Shown here piece by piece: positions 1 through 9,890 of a stretch of 64,000 nt of DNA. The notes below the pieces were generated by a model, which made no database searches, was not told the DNA's origin, and saw nothing but the letters and a program-made list of their open reading frames with translations. The position numbers and the translations under genes were made by a program. The stretch lies in IMG/VR virus record IMGVR_UViG_3300034110_001237, positions 32,001-96,000 of that record. One strand, written 5' to 3'. The stretch is from a virus. The stretch's first letter is position 1. Every line of letters starts with the position of its first letter.

Positions 1-35
1 TGGTATAATAACCTATCAATTCAGGAGTTATCCCT

Positions 36-794
36 ATGCCTAATTACACGTCTATTTCCAAACAAGAAGCCATCGCTAAATTTGGACACTATTTTGTACT
101 GGAAAGCTCTAATAATCGTTGGGGGTATGATATTGTTGAAAAACTTGGTCAGAATCATTCTATTTTTGGTGATGATGATGACACAATGGATTTTGACGAG
201 GCGTGTGGTTCATTAGCTGGAAAAGTACGGATTACATCTCATAAAACTATCGCTAACAATGACTGCAGACTGAATTCGCTGTCTCATAAGTGGGATCTTT
301 TCTTGTATCGTAAAGGATGGCTCAATGCACAAACGAGTGAGAAAATTTACAATTTCCTTGTAAAAGATGAGATTGCTCGTAAAAATTTAGTGGATGAAAT
401 TCCATTTCAAGAATTGCTTAAACCACTTCCTGAACAGTTTCATTTGCCGGAAACCTGTTTTGAGAAAGATAAAGTCTATTATCAGTTTAACCATGCTCAC
501 AGTGTTTATCAAAAAAGCGAAGTAACAGAAATCATTCCAGATGAAATTGACGTGTCTGTTGATGACAATAATGTTATTTCCATGAGCGTTTCATTTACCA
601 AAAAAGATGGTGAAAAAGTAAATGGTTCTGTTTCACGTCAAAACTTTAAAAAACATAATGAACAATCTTACTTTGAAACAGGCTACACTGGTATTTATGT
701 GTTCACTGACAAAGATGAATGCAAGAAATTTGCAATCAGTCAACTCAATAAAGACATTGAGCATTTTCAAAAATCAATTGAAGCATTGTCTTAA
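36..794 (+). CDS. hypothetical protein
   Basis: 252 aa ORF, AGGAG RBS, TGGTATAAT at 1-9, terminator hairpin after the stop. Confidence 0.85.
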   Translation: MPNYTSISKQEAIAKFGHYFVLESSNNRWGYDIVEKLGQNHSIFGDDDDTMDFDEACGSLAGKVRITSHKTIANNDCRLNSLSHKWDLFLYRKGWLNAQTSEKIYNFLVKDEIARKNLVDEIPFQELLKPLPEQFHLPETCFEKDKVYYQFNHAHSVYQKSEVTEIIPDEIDVSVDDNNVISMSVSFTKKDGEKVNGSVSRQNFKKHNEQSYFETGYTGIYVFTDKDECKKFAISQLNKDIEHFQKSIEALS

Positions 795-846
795 TTATTT
801 TTCTTTGTGTTAACAAAAAGCCTGATTGATTTCAGGCTTTATTGTT

Positions 847-1713
847 TTAGATTTTCAGCATGTCTAAACATTCAATGTCTCTACTGGTGAAATAATCACT
901 ATCTCTAAAATTATCTTGCAATATATTGGGCTTCAATTCAAATAATACGTCTTTATTAATTAGTTCATTTTCGTAGTAACAGAACACTTCAAGTGCATTG
1001 CCTTTCATATCTTCTACAATAACAGCCGGAATGACCTTATTTTTGTCCGGGTTTATTGTTGTATAGACTTGAACACCTAGTTGGATGTAATGATGAATTT
1101 TAAGATAAGTCCCCTTATTTTCTTCAAAAACAAAATGTTGATGACCCGAAATAACATTATATTCTGATATTTCAAAGATACTTGCTGTTTTTTCATCATA
1201 GTAAGGAACTAACCTGTCATCTATTTTTCTTTTAATCGTTTTCTTAACTAGGCTCATTACCCCTTTACTTGATATAAATTCCATATCAAACACCATATCA
1301 TTTTTTAAATTCATTTGATCAAAATATTGTTGAATGATGGCGTCTTCTTGTATATCGAATGAAACAGAATTGTTTTTCAGTATAAGATCTTCAAATTTTT
1401 CTAAATTAAGTGTCCCTTTATATTCAGGAGCACATTTATTTTTATCATAGTTACTGAATTCAATGAGTTCTACTTTTCTTGTATTCGCCCTGTTGTTTTT
1501 TATATTTTGATAATAGAGTGTTTTCATTCCCATGTTAGGCATAAAACCCACCACCAAATTTTGCAGCATTTGAGGCGACCCATGAGCGAATGGGTTAATG
1601 GTATTAGACATTTTGCTATGTTTGTCATTGATTGCAATTAATCCATCATAAACATCATTACTTATTTCATAATCTGGATATATATTTACCTTGTGTTTTG
1701 GTTTTGTTGACAT
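847..1713 (-). CDS. C-terminal DMxxI-tag family protein (paralog of 1728-2564)
   Basis: Ends CLDMLKI; shares LEVxCYY and ExKPN motifs with its neighbour; start placed at the ATG after GGAG. Confidence 0.85.
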   Translation of the reverse strand: MSTKPKHKVNIYPDYEISNDVYDGLIAINDKHSKMSNTINPFAHGSPQMLQNLVVGFMPNMGMKTLYYQNIKNNRANTRKVELIEFSNYDKNKCAPEYKGTLNLEKFEDLILKNNSVSFDIQEDAIIQQYFDQMNLKNDMVFDMEFISSKGVMSLVKKTIKRKIDDRLVPYYDEKTASIFEISEYNVISGHQHFVFEENKGTYLKIHHYIQLGVQVYTTINPDKNKVIPAVIVEDMKGNALEVFCYYENELINKDVLFELKPNILQDNFRDSDYFTSRDIECLDMLKI

Positions 1714-1727
1714 ATTTTTCTCCATTT

Positions 1728-2564
1728 TTAAATCATTGCCATGTCAATAAACTCAAGATCACGTTTATCAAAATAGCCATTCACAAGAAAATCTTCTATT
1801 AATAAGTTTGGTTTTATTTCTTTTATCAAATCATTTGGAATATACTTATTTTTATAATAACAGTGAACTTCAAGTGGACGATTGTCAAGGTCAGACACTA
1901 CAATAGCAGGTACCAGTTTTTCAGTGTCTGGGTTTTTTATTATATCTACGAATAGACTCAGTTCATTGTAGTAATGACGTTCCATGTAACTCTGTTTTGT
2001 TTGGTGATTAAACACATTGTTACTATCGAGAGTATCTGAACTTTTTAGCTCAATTACACTGGGTTTTGACGTATCGTAGTAATAAACTAATTGGTCACCT
2101 ACGGTTTTAAAGAATTTTTTTCTGTTTGAAAAAAGCTTTTCGGAAACTTTTAAAAATTGGAGATGAATTATCATATCTTCATGAGCAGCGGAATTTTTCA
2201 ACAGAGCAAGAAGTGTGCCTTTATCTTCGCTTACGGTTATAAAATCATTGCTATACAAAAATTGTTTAAACTGATCAATGTTAACATCCATGATATATTC
2301 ACATTTCTTTTTATTCTTTGGATAGCTATTAAACCTAGGAAAAGAATCAATCCACGAATCAAATAGAGACATATTCATTGTTTGAAGAGGTGGCATATTT
2401 AAGATAGGTAATGAGAATGTCGATTTACTTCGAGGTTGCACCACATTTTGATTTAAGCTGGGTTTTGGATTATTCCAAAATTGTGAAGGTGCCGGTGCAT
2501 TTAATAAAAGATCGTCCACATCCCAATAAAACCCTTCATGTATTATGATTTCGTGTTTTGACAT
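1728..2564 (-). CDS. C-terminal DMxxI-tag family protein
   Basis: Ends FIDMAMI; tandem paralog; GGAG RBS before ATG 2564. Confidence 0.85.
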   Translation of the reverse strand: MSKHEIIIHEGFYWDVDDLLLNAPAPSQFWNNPKPSLNQNVVQPRSKSTFSLPILNMPPLQTMNMSLFDSWIDSFPRFNSYPKNKKKCEYIMDVNIDQFKQFLYSNDFITVSEDKGTLLALLKNSAAHEDMIIHLQFLKVSEKLFSNRKKFFKTVGDQLVYYYDTSKPSVIELKSSDTLDSNNVFNHQTKQSYMERHYYNELSLFVDIIKNPDTEKLVPAIVVSDLDNRPLEVHCYYKNKYIPNDLIKEIKPNLLIEDFLVNGYFDKRDLEFIDMAMI

Positions 2565-2658
2565 AATTTTCTCCAAAGACCTTATACCTTATCATATTTT
2601 TTACTAAAAATCCATGATTTTATTGTATTTTTTATTTATTAAATAACTAAAAAAAATG

Positions 2659-2687
2659 TTGCCATTTTCAAAAAACATTGATAAAAT
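2659..2687 (+). promoter_or_regulatory. sigma70-type promoter
   Basis: TTGCCA-17nt-TAAAAT with TG extension and an upstream A tract. Confidence 0.6.
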
Positions 2688-2860
2688 ACAAACACTTAAA
2701 CAAAAGCAGCAAATATAGGGTTGAAAACACCAAAGGTCATAAACGCTAGTCGCCACAAACCATCTTGTAGGCAAGCGATTCAGTAGAATACTTTATGACA
2801 TCTTAACTATTTATTAACGTGATATTGGAGTATTTTGAGATGTAAATTTTAAAAATAATA

Positions 2861-2889
2861 TTGACAAAAAGACAAAATAGAGATAAAAT
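2861..2889 (+). promoter_or_regulatory. sigma70-type promoter
   Basis: TTGACA-17nt-TAAAAT. Confidence 0.75.
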
Positions 2890-2934
2890 TAACCCGCAAC
2901 AAAATAAACTTTAACAGAATTGGAGATCTACAAC

Positions 2935-3054
2935 ATGGCACAAAGCGAAAAAGTAAAACGTGAAATTGAACTGGCTTACCGTAAACGTGAGTCTGAAATC
3001 GAAGCTCAAATCGAACGTGAGTGGACACGTCATGAGAAAAAAAATCGCAAGTAA
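2935..3054 (+). CDS. 39-aa charged helical peptide (paralog of 32694-32819), not in ORF track
   Basis: MAQSEKVKREIELAYRKRESEIEAQIEREWTRHEKKNRK; GGAG RBS, own promoter and terminator, paralog in window. Confidence 0.85.
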   Translation: MAQSEKVKREIELAYRKRESEIEAQIEREWTRHEKKNRK

Positions 3055-3071
3055 GTCTTGATTGAGACATC

Positions 3072-3097
3072 AAAAAAAGCCCCTTCTGGGGCTTTTT
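3072..3097. terminator. bidirectional intrinsic terminator
   Basis: A7-GCCCC-TTCT-GGGGC-T5 between convergent genes. Confidence 0.8.
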
Positions 3098-3118
3098 CTT
3101 TATTTCTATTTTTTTCTA

Positions 3119-3541
3119 TTACCCTTTGCTACTTAAGTCTGTTATCAACTCATAACGTCCTTCATTTAATGCTTTTTTGTATGTTTCTAAAATTTCTTTT
3201 TCTAATTCTTGTCTTTTCATTTTGCCTATTTTAAGAACGCTTAACAACTCTTTGACATGAATGGTGTAGAAGTCTTGTTTTTTTAGTCCATTTACCACAT
3301 AATTTTTAATTTCATTATCTCTTAACATTTTTATTTCTTTTTTCTTTTCTTCCACTATCTTCTTATATTTTCTCATAGCTATCTTACGACTTACAGCACT
3401 GCTAAATATTGCTAAAATAAACAGCACCACAAATAAAGCAATAGCTTCTGGCATCTTTTCTGGTGCTGCATGATAAACAGTGGTAAAAGCCATACAAACC
3501 ACCATTACAATCATCGTGATTGCCACTACTAAATGAAACAT
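3119..3541 (-). CDS. membrane protein, 2 N-terminal TM helices
   Basis: Two hydrophobic segments, AGGAG RBS. Confidence 0.8.
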   Translation of the reverse strand: MFHLVVAITMIVMVVCMAFTTVYHAAPEKMPEAIALFVVLFILAIFSSAVSRKIAMRKYKKIVEEKKKEIKMLRDNEIKNYVVNGLKKQDFYTIHVKELLSVLKIGKMKRQELEKEILETYKKALNEGRYELITDLSSKG

Positions 3542-3713
3542 ATAAATCTCCTTTAAAATTGTCTATTTAAAAGACTATCACTCAAAATTTATATTTCAAA
3601 TTTTATTTATTATATTATAGTAATTTTTATACAATCATCATTTAAAAACCATTTAATATATTCAACTATTTTAAAATTATGATATACTGTTAAAAACAAT
3701 AACAGATTTTATA

Positions 3714-5189
3714 ATGAATCGCTTTCATAAACTTCAAAATATAAAAGAAACGTTCGATGATAAACTATACCAGACAGATGACTTTAAAATCACAAAGGGG
3801 TTACTGTATAATTTTGGAGCTTACATTGAAGCAAATAAAGGTATTTTGTATGATTTGTTAGGTGCTTCTCTATTCAATATGGCTACTAATTCCATGCCGG
3901 TAAATAACGCTGTTACAACACCCGCTTTTAATAATCCTGTTGTCATTTCACAAATGAAAAACAAGCTTGACTCTAATTTGATTAATAGCCGTGGCATGGA
4001 TGTTTATTCTAAGATAGAAGAATTCAAAAAAAATTCACAATTAGGCAATACCATTCAAAATCATCGCTATGCTGGTCAAGTAATACACAAGTTAAATGCT
4101 GATTCAATTAAAGATTTGAAAAATGGAGCAGAAGGTTCTGTTAAAATTTTCGAGAACCCTTTCTGGAAAGGTAACGTGGTTGAGATAGAATCATCTAATT
4201 ATTACATGAATAAATTTGTATTTTCCAATTACTATCTGATTAATGACATCAAAGTTAATACTGACAACTCACTCTTGTTAACCGATAATAGTGAGCAAAA
4301 ATTATATTACAACCATCAAGATGTTAATGAATTTGCACGTTACAGTGACACAAAAAACATAGAATTGATGACTAAATATATCGTTTATCATGAAGCAGCA
4401 CATGGAGCTTTTAGACAAGCCTATACATTAGGACGTGATTCTAATGTGTTAAAAAATGAAGTTCATTCTGATATATCTTCATTGACCATGATAGGTGTTG
4501 AATCTAAAAGTTTAGCCGAATTCAATGAAGCCGTTGATATGATCATGCAAATGCGAGTTAAATCTTTGAAAGACGGTGATTATGGTCACAACGACTCTTA
4601 TGCCATCAGCGAACTGAAGAAAGTTATTAATGACAATCCTGATTTGTTAAAAATGAAAGTAGAAGACATTTCAGAGTTTTCTTATATTTTAACAGATACA
4701 TTGTTTAAAGAAAACGTTAAAAAAAATAATGCTGACTTACTTGAAAAAATGGGTATAAATCTTGATCAAAAAAGTATTTTCAATGATTTAAAAGCGTACA
4801 GAAATTTAGATCTGTATGATTCTGTTGGTGTTAAAATCACAAGTCAGTATATGTTTAAAACGTCAGAAATGATCAAAGAAGGAATGGACTCTAGAATAGA
4901 TAAATTTGCCGAAAGAATTGCAAAAACTCTTGACAATCAAATGCAATTTGATACAACAAGCACCTTAATGTTCAGAGAAAATGGTGGTAATGTGGCTAAA
5001 ACTACTCAGGCTATCCATGATAGGGTTGAAAAGAATCCAATCATCTCTAAAAGCGTTATTGATCCTATTAAACAAAAAGTTCATATAGATGGTTTAGAAT
5101 ATGACTTATCAAAGGTCAATGACATTCGATTGAATCAGATTGCAAAAGAGTCTCAAGCGTATGTCAATAAACACAACTACAAAATTTAA
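3714..5189 (+). CDS. putative zincin-type metallopeptidase-domain protein
   Basis: 491 aa; YHEAAHG (HEXXH) followed by NEVHSD (candidate third ligand). Confidence 0.6.
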   Translation: MNRFHKLQNIKETFDDKLYQTDDFKITKGLLYNFGAYIEANKGILYDLLGASLFNMATNSMPVNNAVTTPAFNNPVVISQMKNKLDSNLINSRGMDVYSKIEEFKKNSQLGNTIQNHRYAGQVIHKLNADSIKDLKNGAEGSVKIFENPFWKGNVVEIESSNYYMNKFVFSNYYLINDIKVNTDNSLLLTDNSEQKLYYNHQDVNEFARYSDTKNIELMTKYIVYHEAAHGAFRQAYTLGRDSNVLKNEVHSDISSLTMIGVESKSLAEFNEAVDMIMQMRVKSLKDGDYGHNDSYAISELKKVINDNPDLLKMKVEDISEFSYILTDTLFKENVKKNNADLLEKMGINLDQKSIFNDLKAYRNLDLYDSVGVKITSQYMFKTSEMIKEGMDSRIDKFAERIAKTLDNQMQFDTTSTLMFRENGGNVAKTTQAIHDRVEKNPIISKSVIDPIKQKVHIDGLEYDLSKVNDIRLNQIAKESQAYVNKHNYKI

Positions 5190-5289
5190 TAAGACACTTC
5201 GGTGTTTTTTCTCGTAATCGAATTATTCTTCTTGTTTGAATACTCTATCAATGCTATAATTTAGTCTCTTAAACAGTGGAGTTAGTGAC

Positions 5290-5520
5290 ATGACAATTAA
5301 ATTGAAAGACGAAGTAGTTATGAAAGCGGCTGTCATTAAACGCACCAACCATTCAGCATTCGCTAAAAACTTTAAAGGTATTGTTGTTAATATTGTTGGA
5401 AAGACTGCTGATGTTCAAACCAGTGCAGGTGTTCGTTCTATTCCCACTGCAAACCTTACAGCCATTCGCAGTGTGTATGACGCCAGAACTGAACAGACAG
5501 CTTGCATTATTATTGATTAA
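5290..5520 (+). CDS. hypothetical protein
   Basis: 76 aa, GGAG RBS, TGCTATAAT upstream. Confidence 0.75.
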   Translation: MTIKLKDEVVMKAAVIKRTNHSAFAKNFKGIVVNIVGKTADVQTSAGVRSIPTANLTAIRSVYDARTEQTACIIID

Positions 5521-6083
5521 TGTTCTTGAATATACAACATAGGCTTGCCAGACCATACATCTTTGTTTGATAGCATACGAACAATCATATAGGCTTCTGG
5601 TTGGTCGTAGTTTTCAAATTTTCTGGTCGTGTATTCCGTTTTTGTTTTGCCATCTAGATTGAATTCGAACGATGCCAACTTGAACCCTTTCTTAACAGCA
5701 AGCCTTTCAATAGCTTTTGATATTTCAATCTTAGTGAAAGTTTTTGAATCTAGATTGTAGTTATTGTCATCTGCTGGTTTTTCTACAAGACATGTCATTA
5801 ACTTAGGTTTTTGATTAATAACTCTTGAAATACATATGGTTTCATAGTTGTCAGTGCTTTGTCTATCCCGCATACTAAATGATGACCCAGAAACGCTGGT
5901 CATAAATCCAATACTTTCCGATTTTTTATTGGCCGGTATTATAATCATTTCAGCACCACTGTCCAATGTCGTTATTTTGTATTCAGGATTAGAAGATTTT
6001 TCAACAGCTTTTTCTTGTTGATGAGAACACGCTGACGTTAGCAATATTAAAAACATCACCCCAAGCATTTTTTTTATGTTCAT
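5517..6083 (-). CDS. putative lipoprotein
   Basis: Signal peptide with LTSAC lipobox. Confidence 0.75.
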   Translation of the reverse strand: MNIKKMLGVMFLILLTSACSHQQEKAVEKSSNPEYKITTLDSGAEMIIIPANKKSESIGFMTSVSGSSFSMRDRQSTDNYETICISRVINQKPKLMTCLVEKPADDNNYNLDSKTFTKIEISKAIERLAVKKGFKLASFEFNLDGKTKTEYTTRKFENYDQPEAYMIVRMLSNKDVWSGKPMLYIQEH

Positions 6084-6216
6084 TAATTTAACCCTCTTAT
6101 ACTATATTTTGCCATATATCCTATCACTTATTACTGTTAAGTCAATGAAAATCTATTGATGTGGCATAGAAAATATGCTATAATTTTCAATCGAAACTTT
6201 AATTTGAGTATTGTGA

Positions 6217-6714
6217 ATGACAATGGATATAATGAACGGAAAAAATACAAAATTTAATCGCTTGCTGTTTGGTGAATGCAATGTATTGATATTGAGTAAC
6301 AAACACATGCAAGTTCATAAGGATGTGTATCCATTGCTTCATGAAGCATTTACCATGTTCACGCCAACAAAAGAAATCATTCAAAAAACAGTGATTAAAT
6401 TTGATAGAATTATAGGCTCCACTATTTGTGTTGAAACAACTCCAGAAGATGAAATCGTGTATGCAAAGAGGAAGGGACGTAAATGGGCGTCTAGAATGGT
6501 CAAAAATAGAACTCCTATGCCATCAGATAAACTAACCATTGTTGTGAAACGATGCAAAAATAACATTTATCGCTTGCTGACAGCTTATGTTGGTGGTCAA
6601 TCTGAAAGAGAACCCGATGATATTAATATTCGTTCTGATGAAGAATATGATCGTTGTGTTTATTTCTGGTCAAATCATGCTTTGGTGTACATCGAACAAG
6701 ACATTGCTCATTAA
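6217..6714 (+). CDS. hypothetical protein
   Basis: 165 aa ORF after TGCTATAAT; start uncertain. Confidence 0.8.
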   Translation: MTMDIMNGKNTKFNRLLFGECNVLILSNKHMQVHKDVYPLLHEAFTMFTPTKEIIQKTVIKFDRIIGSTICVETTPEDEIVYAKRKGRKWASRMVKNRTPMPSDKLTIVVKRCKNNIYRLLTAYVGGQSEREPDDINIRSDEEYDRCVYFWSNHALVYIEQDIAH

Positions 6715-6757
6715 ATTTTTTTTCAATAATGGAAAAATATTTTAATATCCTTTTTTC

Positions 6758-6946
6758 TGTTACTTTGTGTTACGGCACGATTTTATCTTGCTAATGTGTT
6801 ACCTTGCCATAAAAAACACCAAAATAGTGTTACATGTCTGAATTGTGTAACTATATGACACATTACAGTAGTTGATTTCCCTAAAATACTTGATATAATA
6901 GGGTTACAAATTAAACATTTTCCATTCTTACACAAAAAATGTAACT
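6758..6946. repeat. cluster of (GT)GTTAC motifs around a promoter
   Basis: GTGTTAC at 6767, 6796, 6827; TGTTAC 6758; GTTACA 6903; inverted TGTAAC at 6846 and 6940. Confidence 0.5.
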
Positions 6947-7026
6947 ATTTAATATAATTTATTGAGCTGTTGGTATAACCATAGCTCTGCTTGATTAACT
7001 AAACTAAAAAATAAAGGTGATATAAA

Positions 7027-7278
7027 ATGTTCTTAAATACTATCAGTATAACTAAACAACTTTTGAAGACTGGCCGTCTTGAAATGAACTACAATGAAAA
7101 AAATTTCCGCAAGAAATATGAGCTTGGCTTCTGGGAAGTTTATCAAGATGTTCATACTGTCTCAAAAAACATTGTCAGTGGGCCATACAGAGTATTCCGT
7201 CCTATCTACAAAACTGGTAATCTTGATAAGTTGAATTCAAAACTGGCTAAATTGACTGCACAGTCATCACTCTATTAA
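7027..7278 (+). CDS. hypothetical basic protein
   Basis: 83 aa, AAGGTG RBS. Confidence 0.75.
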   Translation: MFLNTISITKQLLKTGRLEMNYNEKNFRKKYELGFWEVYQDVHTVSKNIVSGPYRVFRPIYKTGNLDKLNSKLAKLTAQSSLY

Positions 7279-7341
7279 TTATCAGTTGAAATAGTAGTTG
7301 TATTTCATAATTTAAAAGCACCTTCTTTTAGGTGTTTTTTG

Positions 7342-7370
7342 TTGACTAAATATTGTTAAAATGATATAAT
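7342..7370 (+). promoter_or_regulatory. sigma70-type promoter
   Basis: TTGACT-17nt-TATAAT with TG extension. Confidence 0.8.
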
Positions 7371-7400
7371 TAAAATCCAATAATTATTAAGGGTCTAACA

Positions 7401-7607
7401 ATGTTAATCAAAGAAACTTACAAAGTGCTTGGAAATAATTGGTGGAAAGTTCCTAACGGTGAATTCGTTGTAACTACAGATACGCTTGTTGTCACCGATG
7501 TCACAGAAGAAAAAGCTATATTTAATGTTTTTCGTGATGGTGTTGTTATTGGTGAAATTCGTGTTCAACATGCTTTTGTAAATGAAGATTTTGAAAAAAT
7601 TAACTGA
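7401..7607 (+). CDS. hypothetical protein
   Basis: 68 aa ORF behind a consensus promoter. Confidence 0.75.
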   Translation: MLIKETYKVLGNNWWKVPNGEFVVTTDTLVVTDVTEEKAIFNVFRDGVVIGEIRVQHAFVNEDFEKIN

Positions 7608-7697
7608 ATGTGCTTATTATGATGTTAGTATCTACATTGATCACTAAAAACAGCATTTACACTAATTTTAATATATAATCAACTAAATGGAGAAAAT

Positions 7698-7982
7698 ATG
7701 GACTTTATAAGCAGATCTAAAGGTTTTATTCGTTTTGCTTTTTGGGGATTTTTTTCAATGTGTTTCCTTTTTATTCAAAACTTCTTTTATCACATTTACT
7801 ACAAGGGTAAATACAAACTGCAAGAAAGCAAAATTCAGTTATTTATTTTTATTGTGTTTACGGTGGTGACATTGAATCTAGCTTGTTTGATTCATTTTTG
7901 GCGACAAGCTAAAGAAATGCTACCAAAAATCTATCGTATCAGTCAGTATCCAGCGGATAACTCAGTCGAGATTAAATTATGA
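7698..7982 (+). CDS. small membrane protein
   Basis: Two hydrophobic segments, GGAG RBS. Confidence 0.7.
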   Translation: MDFISRSKGFIRFAFWGFFSMCFLFIQNFFYHIYYKGKYKLQESKIQLFIFIVFTVVTLNLACLIHFWRQAKEMLPKIYRISQYPADNSVEIKL

Positions 7983-8317
7983 AAATTAAATTCTTGTGGT
8001 TGAAATTTGTTTTGACATTTATGGGCTTTAATGTGGTCGCTGTTCGGTGTGTTGATTCGTCTCGGAAAGTATTGAGTTATACCTTGAACAACGATTACAA
8101 CACTCAATCTGGATCGTGTATCAATTACCCATTTCTCAGTATTTCTATTGATCAAAATGGTTTATACTCTACTCAAATTTATCAAGATACACCGATTTTT
8201 GATAACAAGGTTTACACCAATAAATCGCCATATCCATTAATTAAATTGTGGTTAAAGTCTCAACATCACTACCGTTCAACACGAAATAATAAATTTAAAT
8301 GGAGTATATTTAATTGA
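7979..8317 (+). CDS. hypothetical protein
   Basis: ATGA overlap with the upstream gene. Confidence 0.7.
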   Translation: MKIKFLWLKFVLTFMGFNVVAVRCVDSSRKVLSYTLNNDYNTQSGSCINYPFLSISIDQNGLYSTQIYQDTPIFDNKVYTNKSPYPLIKLWLKSQHHYRSTRNNKFKWSIFN

Positions 8318-8718
8318 ACTATTCTCATGCAACAATTATGAATTCTAAAATCTTAGAACCTTATCATCATCATAATGAACGACTTTTTAATAAGTTGCGG
8401 GAAGCACACGACTATGCTCCACAAGTCGCACAACAGATGGCTTATCAGGCATTGCTGGTTGATGATGGGGCTTTTGCTTCGTTGTTTAAAAAAATCACCG
8501 CCTTTGTATTGCAAAATCCTTATGAACCTTTGACATTAATCGAATATTCTGTCTTGGATAGAGCCGTTGATTTTTATAAAAAAGGAATTGAAGAAACCAA
8601 AACAGATTTGGCCGCTCATATGGTCACATCTGATGTGATTAATGCCTATGTTGAAAGTCAGCAATCAACAGTGATACTTGCCAACAAAATATTGAATAGA
8701 ATGCTTAAAATTGTGTAA
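8314..8718 (+). CDS. hypothetical protein
   Basis: TTG start after GGAG, overlapping the upstream stop. Confidence 0.75.
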   Translation: MNYSHATIMNSKILEPYHHHNERLFNKLREAHDYAPQVAQQMAYQALLVDDGAFASLFKKITAFVLQNPYEPLTLIEYSVLDRAVDFYKKGIEETKTDLAAHMVTSDVINAYVESQQSTVILANKILNRMLKIV

Positions 8719-9148
8719 TTTCAAGCGTTATTTTTTCTTTTTCAACGTCTTTGAATAGTTGGTTAAAATCAAATAATATTTTGGTAATGTCCAATACCTT
8801 GTATGTCTTTTTAATTTCCATTTTCTCGTAACATGATAAGTTCATACGAGGATTTGGATGTGTCTTGTTGCTATCAATAATAAATACATCGCCATAGTGT
8901 TTTTTACCTTTATAAATTTCATTAATGTGTGAACGTCCAGTAATAACATGGTAGGTATCGTTTTCTTTGTAAATGTATATTCCAAAATAATGAATCAATT
9001 CTAAATCTGAATGCATTTCTATTCTGGATAAGTCTAGTATCTTTTCATAATAGTTTAATTTAAGTTGTATATATAGTTCATGGACACTTTTGTCATTCTC
9101 TGTATCTATGTTCGTTGTTAACTTTGAAACTCTTGGTGTTACTTTCAT
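8705..9148 (-). CDS. hypothetical protein
   Basis: 147 aa ORF, AGG RBS. Confidence 0.7.
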   Translation of the reverse strand: MKVTPRVSKLTTNIDTENDKSVHELYIQLKLNYYEKILDLSRIEMHSDLELIHYFGIYIYKENDTYHVITGRSHINEIYKGKKHYGDVFIIDSNKTHPNPRMNLSCYEKMEIKKTYKVLDITKILFDFNQLFKDVEKEKITLEITQF

Positions 9149-9302
9149 GTTTAACCTATTTATTTATTAATCTTTTAACGGTACCACTATTTTCTACTAT
9201 GTAAACAGTCTAGTGGATAATGATTGATAATAATCTCTTTTTGATGTATAATAAACTAAATGTTTTATCAAGATTATTCTCATAAAAATTGTGGAGATTA
9301 AA

Positions 9303-9788
9303 ATGACTTTGAGTAAAAAAGAAATAGCAATTCAAGTAATCAATGAATCCTTTGAAGCCAGTTTAACCAATAAAGAAGCTGATTTTGCATGGGAACTTTT
9401 TTGGAAATTTGGGGTATTCAGTAAACTATCTGATTACAATTTAAACCTGATGAGAAATGCCCTTGCCGAAAAACGTAAGGACTTTGATAAGATTGAACTG
9501 TTGGATGAAAAAGATCCTGCGATTGTTGAAGCCATCAAAGAACGCAAAAAAGCTTTGAACAAACAGCATGGCATTAAACGTATTAAGTTTGCCGTTTATC
9601 GTGAACAAGTGGTCGAATTCTTCAAAGAAAAACGTAACATCGATTTTAATTCGTTGGACGAAACTGCAGCACAAAAACTGTTGCAATATGAAGACATCAT
9701 GAGCAATGATTCGCCTATTTATGATTTCTTGAACGTAACCCATATGCAGTTTAAATACCTCTATCAACACGGTTCTGTTTATAAGTAA
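9303..9788 (+). CDS. hypothetical protein
   Basis: ATG after GGAG. Confidence 0.8.
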   Translation: MTLSKKEIAIQVINESFEASLTNKEADFAWELFWKFGVFSKLSDYNLNLMRNALAEKRKDFDKIELLDEKDPAIVEAIKERKKALNKQHGIKRIKFAVYREQVVEFFKEKRNIDFNSLDETAAQKLLQYEDIMSNDSPIYDFLNVTHMQFKYLYQHGSVYK

Positions 9789-9890
9789 GCAGATATCTCT
9801 GTTGTCTTTTGTTGATAACTTATTGACTTCATGCTTTAATGCCTTAGACTTTATTTATTAACAATAGACGGCGGTTTGATGTTGGAATTA

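Noticed and set aside
2849-3073. 74-aa minus-strand ORF
   Set aside because: Shadow of the better-supported 39-aa plus-strand gene.
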